Origin: Tubiluchus corallicola
Taxonomy: Eukaryota > Animalia > Priapulida
NCBI GenBank assembly: GCA_030141605.1
Contig: JAQGDQ010000019.1
Span: forward strand, 496,001 to 560,000
Length of the DNA: 64,000 nt
Direction of reading: 5' to 3'
Shown: positions 54,600 through 64,000 of the stretch, one piece after another
How positions within the stretch are numbered: the stretch's first letter is position 1
Layout of the letters: each line of letters opens with the position of its first letter
Program-made: the position numbers and the translations under genes
The notes under the pieces: model-generated
Seen by the model: only the letters and a program-made list of their open reading frames with translations
Database searches by the model: none
Told to the model about the DNA's origin: nothing

Positions 54600-55441
54600 G
54601 GGACAACTCAATCGCCAACTTTAATTTCAATAGGGCTTGACCCGTGGATGTAGTTTGTCAGAAGATCAACATGTCCAAGACCTCAGGTTGATCCATAATT
54701 ATTTTGGAAATTAAACCCAATAGTACAGGGAGCTGGATCAAAATACAGCAGCTTGATTTAATCACCAACAGCAACACCAGCACAAGCAGAAACAGCACCA
54801 TCATCACTACCTCTATCTGGAACACCAACAGAAGCAGCAAGCACCATCAGAAGCATCACCTGCAGCAGTTGGTGATGAAGCATTTGTTCTTCCTAGCGGG
54901 TAATCAAATTGATAGCCTTTCAAGGCACATGGTGTAGATTTATTCATAGCTGGCCAAAAAGCGTAAAACGGACAAAAAGAGCCAAGACATGTCCTCTCCT
55001 TATATTGTAGCGCGATCGAAATTAGAAGTATTTGATGTAAATAACCAGATTTTACTAAATGTACAAGACTGCCAAGCTGACATCCAATTCAAGTTACATT
55101 CTGCCGAGTCCAGTATGAAGAACTACACGTGTGTAGTAGGCCCAATTGCGCCCGACGTCAGTGTCAGTAAAGGTTTGCTTTCATTTTCATCCAAAAGCCC
55201 AAAGTTGGTGAAACGAGAGAAACTCGTGTTTATTTCACCGTCACTACACTCTTACAGAAGCGCAATTTTCTTCGGCCAAGCTGATTTCATCTGCATTGGT
55301 CTCTATGGTAACGAAGAAATGAACATCAGCTTAACGAAGTCGGGCATTGAAGCCATTGAGGCAAACAGGCGGAAAAATGATAGGCGGCCGAGGAGGAGCT
55401 TGGAATGCAAAAAAATCAGACTTTACACCAGTGGCAAATGA
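54600..55441 (+). mobile_element. Degenerate ORF, probably a LINE (I/Jockey-group) ORF1-like remnant inside the RGS intron
   Basis: 150-aa ORF (54989-55441) with YTCVVGPIAPDVSV, reminiscent of the GVIGPI..D segment of gag-like ORF1s. Upstream frames are broken. No splice pattern and no RGS similarity. Confidence 0.35.
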
Positions 55442-55479
55442 AGCGGTGGTGTCCGAAAGAAATTAAGCTAAAACTTGTT

Positions 55480-56160
55480 AGTAATAACCCAAGGATTACT
55501 CAAATAAAAGTAAAGAATTAATTATTCCATTACTCCATAGCAGTATTCAGATCAGACTATAGCATGTCTTAATTACAAGGGGCTGTGTGGTCTAACTGAT
55601 AATCACGATAGCGCCAAACGTTGTATTATCTTAGTAAAAATATTCTAATTAATTATATCGTAATTTGGTGAGCTACTGGGACTGTGTTAAGACTTGCCAT
55701 AATCACAAAGAGCTGTGTGGTTTAGTGGTCATGGTGTTGAACGTAATCCAAAAGTTTGTGGTTTGAGTGGTTCGATTTCTTAATTTTTCTTTCAATTTGT
55801 CAAACAAAAATGCAGGTAGAAGTTTTTCACTTTTTTCTTCAATGTGTGAAACTAAATTTGAGCGAAAGGAGGGCAACGTGAGATAATCTGGTCTAAGCCT
55901 GGATTTGAGCCAAGTTTAATCAACGCCTTCAGATTAATGGACTAGTACAATTTGGTAGGTCTTAACATAATCACAGCAGCTCACCAACCAATCCAACGTT
56001 TCGAATTGTTAATTTATGCACGTTACTAAAGTAACAATTACTTTCCAATTATATTGAGCAGTCCTTAGTGGTCCTGGCAGGCATTAATTCAAATAACTCA
56101 CCAACTAATTCAACATTGCCAAGTGTCACTTTACGCACGTCAAAGTAATCACTAACTAAT
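55480..56160. repeat. Second copy of the tRNA-module composite repeat, with an inverted half
   Basis: aacc.a.ggattactc, ggtgagcta..gg and atcacaaa..gctgtgtggt.tagtggtcatg are shared with 46780-47010. The segment 55950-56000 is the reverse complement of about 55660-55700. Confidence 0.6.
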
Positions 56161-56879
56161 TACATTAGTTTTTTATAAATAATTTGGAGTCTAAAATTAT
56201 CTGTCTGTAGTTAATTAACTATTTATCGCAACAGTTGAATGGCGTTAATGCACGCTAGGTATATAAATATTAATACAATGTTTTAAAGTTGGTAAAATGA
56301 TAAAACAGTAACCGCTTTTCAATGGGGATCAGGAGTGGCGTTTTTCTAGTCTGTAGGTACAGGTTTTTCCCAATGTTTTCAACTCTGTCACAGCTCAGGG
56401 CGGCTGGGACCCTCATTCAATTTCTAATGGCGTATAAACGAAATGGCCATGTTGGCAATCTCTAACAGCTGTACACGTATAGCCACATCTTTTGTTTTTG
56501 TTCAATACTGCAGTAAATTTGCCACGGTAATAAAATGCGACAAATGTCTTTTCCTTCCGTTTTGTGAATTAATCAAAGTTTTCCGCTCGGCTTGCTTATA
56601 GTTTTTGTATTAAATGGCGGTTCAGCTTTGAGACACATTATTATTTACTGTGAAATTTTGTAGGACTGAATTCTGATAAATCATTCCGACCTATTCCGAA
56701 ATCGTACCAAACGCATGGTGTATGGATATTAAAGCCTATTTAAAACTTAATACTTATTATTAACGTATTATTTTTCGCTAACCTAACCTATTGTTCCCAT
56801 TCACAAAGCTATTTATTTATCCTTCTCATCTTAGTTCCAACTGTGTATAATCGGCACAGTTGTCTCTTAACTGCGCCTT

Positions 56880-57290
56880 CCGTTTCTTTTTTCTTCATTG
56901 AAGGTCTTTTTCTCTTTCCTTTCCATTTTTCTTCTTGTTTCTTTTCATTTTTCGTTTTATTTTGCCTATTCTTCTCCCTCTTTTCTGTTTTTTCTTTCTC
57001 ATCATTCTTTCTATCTGTCTTTCTCTTCTTTTTTGATTCTAGTTCTTTAGCTTATTTTTGCATTATGTTAACTTTCGCGTTATTTCCCTTCCCTTGTTTC
57101 TTTTTCCTCTTTCTTCGCTTTTCGTTTTCCTGTTCTTCTTTGTCTTCTTCTTTTTCTTCCCTTACTCCTACTTTTGTTTTATCTTTCTCAATTTTGCTTT
57201 TTCAGCTTTTTTATCATTTTGTTTTTCTTTTATTTTTTATTATTCTATTCTTCTTTCTGCCCTTTTCCGCCTAATAATTTTCTTCTCTTA
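56880..57290 (+). repeat. Low-complexity polypyrimidine (T/C-rich) tract
   Basis: Direct reading. Explains the F/L/S-rich ORFs. Confidence 0.9.
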
Positions 57291-57699
57291 GAGCGGCACA
57301 CGATCACCCGGTCATTATGGTGCGATCCGATGACTGTTGTTACATAGCCTTCCGTTCTCATCAGAAGCCTAATCACCAGCATGAACACATGTACAAAATC
57401 AACTACACCGCCATTCCGCGCCTTGATTGGAAAATAATTGTAGGTTTCAAGTGCTCAACTCTATAACTTGCTACCGCTTGACACATGGCTAATTTGCCTC
57501 TCCATTAAAGCACTCATGCAAAGTATTACTTATGCTGGCTGCTGCTTGTGTCAGGGCTTCTCGAAAATAATTCTAGAAATAATAATTAATCGCGCTTCGT
57601 TGCATTATTTTATGGAAAATTGCCTTTGAAACAGTCCTTAGAGCATCTTTTTATGGGTTGTGTTATTTTTGCATTTGAGTGGCTAATGTAATAGCAAAG

Positions 57700-57950
57700 T
57701 TGGGATGGCATCATAGTGTGTCCTTTTTAAACGAAGTTGAGCAATGCTGGACTTCTGCTTAGGACTTCCAATGCGGGTTAAGTTGTATTTGGGTGGGTGA
57801 CCGCCGGGAAAGCTGTCTCTGGGTAGTTTCATCTACACGGCTGCCTCCTGCTTAACGTATTGCCTCCTGCCAAGTTATCTTCTTGAGAAAAGGCCCATAG
57901 AGCTCTGAACGTGGTTTAACAAACGAACATGGACCTCTGTTGTCTCAGAT
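57700..57950 (+). mobile_element. 5S rRNA-derived repeat (SINE3-like or 5S pseudogene fragment)
   Basis: cgaagttgagcaatgctgg resembles the 5S box A region. gttgtatttgggtgggtgaccgccgggaa resembles the 5S IE/box C region (gtacttggatgggtgaccgcctgggaa). The two are separated by a short insertion. Confidence 0.5.
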
Positions 57951-59009
57951 CTTAGAAGATTATCGTAAGCGATTCCGTAGCCTCCGGTTCCGCCATAACG
58001 AATAAACATTAGCAAATAGGCTCTGCTGTTGAGTGCTGAATTGTGCCTTTGCACTCACCGAATTGTGTGCAAAAATTGTCAACTTTCGCTAATCTATGCA
58101 AATTTGTACGCTAACAGAAATCGTTTTTCGTCATATTTTGTCCCTATGACAGTAATTTCATCCATTCCTCGCAATGTCAGTGATGTAAGCTTTGTATCCC
58201 AGCTTTCATTTAATATTTCAGTGTGAGCTAAAAAATAAAAACAGCAAATCATTATTCGGTAATAGTCTTGAAATAAAGCGAAGGACATTCGGCAGATTAT
58301 GATAGAATTCTATAATTAACTCCTAACCGTCATCAGCACTCTTGGGAAGATATTACGAGGCTGGCTACGCGCTGATAACGTGTAATATAAACTGAGAACG
58401 AAGAATGAATCCTCAAGATTTATTGAACTACGGCATAATTGCATTGAAGCGTTATGCACACACTTGCCTGCTGTTATATTGCCCTTGTAAATAAAAAATT
58501 ACCAGTTAATTTCTACGCCAGTTATAGGACGTTCAATTACCACTTCAATTTGCTCGACAAGAAAACTTCAAAAATTTGAAGATGAATTTAATTGTGTGGT
58601 TATCTGTGTTAATAGCCAAAAAATTACTTTCATAAACGGTTTATCAATTGCTGTGTTCGTAGCGATTATTCATTCGTATATTCAGCTGGATTTTTGCCTT
58701 ATAGGAAGTGGTTATAAACACGTTAGTTTTACAGTTTTGCGTTCATAAAATGTTCTTTTTAGGCTCACGAAAATCAAGAGGGAAAAATTATTACACCTAA
58801 TACTTTTTAAAATACTACCAGAAAAAAGTTTGAACATTTTTTAGTAAAAGGTTAAAATTTGCTCGAATGTCGGAGCAAGTATAATTATTATAATTCGCGA
58901 GCTGATAGAGATTCATATTACGTCTCGCGTGCAAAAGTTTGTATGCTAGAATCCACTGATAGTCGATCGGAAATCACTTATTAGTTTGGTCACTTTTCTT
59001 AAGATTTTG

Positions 59010-59330
59010 AATTGGAGCCCTAAGTAGAGTCCCGGAGTCCACTTTTAGGGTGCCCCATACGTAATTCACCAATTTAAAAACTTATCAGTGGCCAATAAGT
59101 GATCTCCATGGCCAAGTTCATTGTTTAAAACTACTGGTCTTTATTCAGCAAGATCTAAAGAACATTCTCTTAAAAGATTTCGCTGATGTACTAAAAATGT
59201 AATTTAAATTGATTTGCGGGGTACTTTCAGGGGCTCCCTCTACCTAGGGTTCCAGTTTTTACCTCCCCGGGTGACCAATAAGTGATCTCCAATAGACTAT
59301 CATTGGATTCCAGTACTTAAGCCTTTTGTA
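59010..59330. repeat. Repeat element with internal duplication
   Basis: ccaataagtgatctcca occurs at about 59092 and 59276, each preceded by a GC-rich gggg/cccc module. Confidence 0.5.
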
Positions 59331-62300
59331 CGCAAGATGTAATATAAAATCTCTGTCAAGCTCCGGTAGACTATTAAAAATCTCAGGAACTGATGAAAGC
59401 TGGAGGCTAAGCAAACTGTCGAAAATGCCCTTCCCCCACTATGGTAATATGAAGAACTGTATACGAAACTGGCTTCCAGTAGTATGTGGCGTATATATCG
59501 TCCGTGCCTAGGGGTAATGGACTTGTTTAGCGTGCCTAGTCTACCAACTCAGGTCCAGCTGACAGCTGCTTTGAATGATAGGAATTTAGGGCGGGTAAAT
59601 AAGCTGTGTTGGCTGAATCTAGGCTTGATATGTCGGTGTTATTACAGAATCAAGCAGTGTTAATGATGTGGAACGAAGCTGCATGTTACAGGCTTACTGA
59701 ATGCATCTGAACAGGCGAATCATTGCCCGCACAGGCGTGATTAATTAACTGCATGACGTTGATACTGTTCCACTTAATTAGGCTATTTTAGCCTCGGTTG
59801 TTTTTTTTTTACGAAAAATAATAATTATTATTAGTTATTGGGAGTTTTGAAAATGATAGTCGGGTTCTAGTTTGGATTGCTGGAGTTGAAACACCATGCA
59901 AATTTATAATACACATTTAAAAATAATGCCAGCATAAAAACAAAGCGAAATACGTATTATCTTCATTCCCTAATAAAATGCTTATATTTTCAAGTGGATA
60001 AAAACTTGTCATATCTATTTTCCGTAAGGTTTGAATTTTAATCTGTCCATTTTAAAACTATAATCGAGATTCTTTAATGTAATTTTATGTGGGATCCTAG
60101 AATTTAACAAGTTTGTCATTCATTTCAATTCAGGTGTTGGTTTTCACTATAAAGGTATGGCATTTTTGCAACATTTGTGAGTAAAATAAGCGAGTTTGCA
60201 CTTTGCACTTTGCACGTGACCTACCGGGTTGGTAGGGAATTCTTTTTCAAGGTAAAACGTGTTTTTGTCTGTAAAAGTATGGTCCAAATACAACACTATT
60301 GCCCAGTTTCGAAATCACTTCGACGTGCTTGCAATAAACAGCCAGGTAAAAAGCGTTGTATTTTGAGCAAGAAATTCGCTCTTTTCTGCATCATTCATCT
60401 ATAGTTATATCATCTTGATCACCTGAGTCTGCTGACGCACAATCTCAGATGCTATTATTATATTTAAAAGCACTATTATTCCTCATCCTCATAGCAGAGT
60501 TTGATAAGGAATCATGGCAACGGCTTTATCAGCTTAATGCGAATGGATTTATAGCTTGCACGAGTTGCAGGCGAGCAGAATCGCTTGCAGGATTCGCTGA
60601 TTCCCGAGTCTGACAAATGTAGCAAATAAACTGCAACTGCAAATCCCGCGCATTCTGTGGGCATTTTTGTGCGCATTCTGATCTTGGACATTTGGAAAGA
60701 ATAATCTTTTCGATTTTTTTATTTTCTTCTTTACATTTCTGCTCATTTCTCCGTTTTGATATTAATGCGACAGATTTTTAGCTCGTTTGATACTCTGATG
60801 AAAAACTCGTCATCATGATTAGTGGACGATGATGGTCTACATTGTACAGCTACATTGTCACTCGTGAAGTGTCTTTGACAAACCACTTATATACTTTTAT
60901 TAAACTGGCCTTGTGAAATGCAGAAAATTAGACAGAACACTGCTATGTCTTTAAATGACGAGTGTCTTTAAATGTACTTAACTTAACAAAGAAAAATGTT
61001 TGATAGTGTTTAATTTTTTTTGTTTGAAATTGAAATATGTAAATTAAATTAACGTTAAACTTAGAATGAGTTAAACAAAAGTAATACCAATCATCATCAT
61101 CACCATCACTTTGATTTCCATCGTTGTATTATGACCATCATCATCACTATGGACAGTTGTCTTTCTAGGTATAAAACATTTCAGTTGATCTTGACATTAT
61201 GTGCATGTTCTTGGGAACTGATAAGTTCACACAAAAAAGCTTATATACATCTTATGGAAGCCAGAAAGTGCAATGAAGGTAAGGATTAAGTACTTAGTGT
61301 AGCTGTGTTTAGGGATCTATAGATGCGGTCAGTGTAGTGAAGTGCTGGGAAGCCATTATATTACATAGACTCGCTGACAGTACGGTGAAGTTAATTCAAC
61401 GTGGCACACGTTTCTCTGATTATCAGTCTCTTGCGGAAGCTAGTTAAACGCAGCATCAAGGATTCGTTTAATCTGACAGAAATCCCTTAGGAATGCAAGA
61501 CTTTCACTTTGATCGACTTAACGTATCCCGTGAAAATAAATTCCAGACCAGTCCAGCAGGCGTGGAAATCCACAAATCTTTTTTTTGCGCTGTAGAAACG
61601 GTTCTATTGAAGTGTTTCTCTGACGGACACGAAATGACAAGGCGCCCCTTGAGTGGCTGCTGCCAGTAATATTACTGACGATGGTTAAAGACGATGACTA
61701 CGATTAATTTTTTATTCATTTCGGCATTCTGCCATCAGTATCCTTCACTGATGTGTAGATGCTACAGTATGGATGGTTGTGGTAGATCAACAAACCTAGC
61801 TCATACAACGCTGCTGCTGCTGATGATGATGATGATTGTGATGTCGTCACTGATCAAAGAAACAGGGATTATACAGTGTACAATGTATTATACACCGTAC
61901 AATGATAAAATTCCTATTTCCCGCAGATCAGATTTATACATTTTTAAAAGAGCCAGTGTAAATAAAAAGTTTCTTGAGTGGTTGCTTTTTTGTAACCTGC
62001 CTGCTTTATTGTGTATGTAAGCTTTGAATGTGCGCATAAATATTATTATAGATGCCCAAAACATTGTACCACATGTTAAAATCCAGATGAAGCCTAAGAC
62101 GCGGCTCATAGATGTAAGTAATGAATTAGCTGAGTCAGTGTGGGGAAAACTTATTCACCAAAGTAAATTGCAATACGATTATACTCGCAGGAATGTGATT
62201 ACTGTTGAAGTGCACCGGACCACTTAGGCTAAACAGTGATTAGATGGACTGGGTAAACAGTAGGCCTATAGGATAATGCACTAGTGTCTGCGTACTAGTT

Positions 62301-64000
62301 ACTGGGGTAAAGCGAATTAAGCGATTATGCACGCTCGGTATTATTATCCCCATGTTCTAGTAGGAGTTGGGATTTCTCCCATTCTTATGCCACATTCACT
62401 GCTGTAGTCCTTGAAAGAAAAAAGATATTTGAAAAATGAATTGGCGATGCACTAAATAGATGATATCTCTATTTTGATACATATACAAACAGTTTTCATT
62501 CTTGAATTGAAAAAACTTAAAATGCAGCCAATTGCGCGCTAAGCTTAATTGTTATTTTGATAACGCTGAAGTGTTTTGCTTGTCCTATAATACGAGATTA
62601 TAATGATTGCAGCTCTAACAACACCATGCAAGTATAGCGCGATTAGTACGTAGATCAGGGCAAGATTTACCGATCTAAACTTTGTGGGATAAAAAATCGT
62701 TATTTCTTATTAGCTTTAATTATTGCTAATATTTAGCTACTTAACTGTAGTTAACTGCCACTTCTATGGTGTATTTTTTATAACAATATTTATTTCCTAA
62801 AAGAAATACAAGCTTATCATTTGTACTTCATGCATATTTTTGTTTCTGAAAGTCTACGTGTACATCGGTAACTATACACATTAACCAAACATGTATCAAT
62901 ATTTCACGTTGCTTATAAATAGAGTAATAATAAATTCAGCTACACAATTGTTAGTATAATATAGCAAAAGCATTTTGGTTTGTATATCGCCGGCATTGAG
63001 CTTGCTAACTTGTCACATTCTGCCTCTGCTGCCTGGCAACGGCGGGTGAAGCTGAAGCAAAGACGCGATGCTGTATGCGCTAATGGACCAGAATCTAATA
63101 GCAGTGTAGACCTGTAAAGTGGATAATTTAAAAATCTATGTTTTGAAATGAACTGTGAAGTAATAAACAACCTTGTCGCAACTGACGTGTTTTGACGAAA
63201 TTACTTTAGTGCGGACCTGCGTAAAATAACATTTGCATGAACATTATGCAAAAATTAATTAAATTAAATCTCGTCGCCTTTAAAATACTATAGATTTCAT
63301 TTTGCTTGTTCATTTTCCGCCGCATCGGCATATACCTCAGTTGTTCAGGGTGCTGACAGGCAGGCCTCTGCATTTAGTATAACTATCAACTGAAATTATC
63401 GGCAAAACCAATAATAAAAAATTTCTTTAGGACATAGTCCAGGAATGGCACCTTGAGTAACTGAATGCTTATTTCCAAGGTGGTTAAACACTTATTTCAA
63501 AGTGTTTTAGTTGATTGTGACATTTAATTAGAGTCTGATTTGCATGACCGTGCACTGACTTCGTTGTAGGCGGATATATGCACATCGCAAAGTGGCAAAG
63601 ATTTGCGGTTCAGTGACTGAGCTTATAGGATTGCCCCTGATAGTCATCTGTGTTCCGGTTCCGACGACTATTCAGCGATAATAGCAAGACTCTGTTGTTG
63701 TGAAAATTTGCAATATTTCTCGAGAAACCTCGAACGTAAAAAACGTTGTGCAATTAGCACCACGCTTGCATGACCTTGACACGCAAACGATTTTTGCTAT
63801 TTCAGCTGTAATTTTATCACCAGAATTGCTTCATACAATAAAATTCCGCATTTTTAAAGAAAACACGGCCAAACAGCACGAGTTATTATTTCATAAGAAG
63901 CGTTGCCAGCAGATGTACACACACATGTAAATATAAGTTTTTCGAATGCATTGTCATAATATAAAGAAAGTCGAACGTATGGGAACAATGAACAAGGGCG

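Noticed and set aside
56843-57291. Phe/Leu/Ser-rich 'membrane protein' ORFs
   Set aside because: Translation of a low-complexity T/C tract.

Overview
AT-rich, intron-rich animal (probably invertebrate) genomic DNA; nothing here is prokaryotic. Two conserved genes are recognisable. (1) A complete Dispatched homolog (Hedgehog-release RND transporter) on the minus strand. I reconstructed four coding exons, 7701-7694, 6998-6875, 6003-5772 and 4266-1298: 3333 nt, 1110 aa, all GT-AG and in phase. It has a furin-type site in the first extracellular domain and a poly-His C-terminal tail. (2) The first coding exon (45460-45537, +) of an R7-family RGS gene (RGS6/RGS7/egl-10), which is too short for the ORF track. 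I did not find its next exon in the window. The rest is intron or intergenic sequence with TE relics: an internally deleted pogo-like transposon, three hAT MITEs with 8-bp TSDs, foldback and Helentron-like elements, LINE and Gypsy fragments, tRNA-like and 5S-like repeats, and microsatellites. The more speculative leads are uORFs and a competing donor in the 5' leaders, a divergent spliced minus-strand transcript with possible recursive splice sites, a TGA-interrupted TM/Cys-rich exon, and a long hairpin. I see no clear evidence of a wholly new biological system. All homology calls come from recalled motifs, not database searches.
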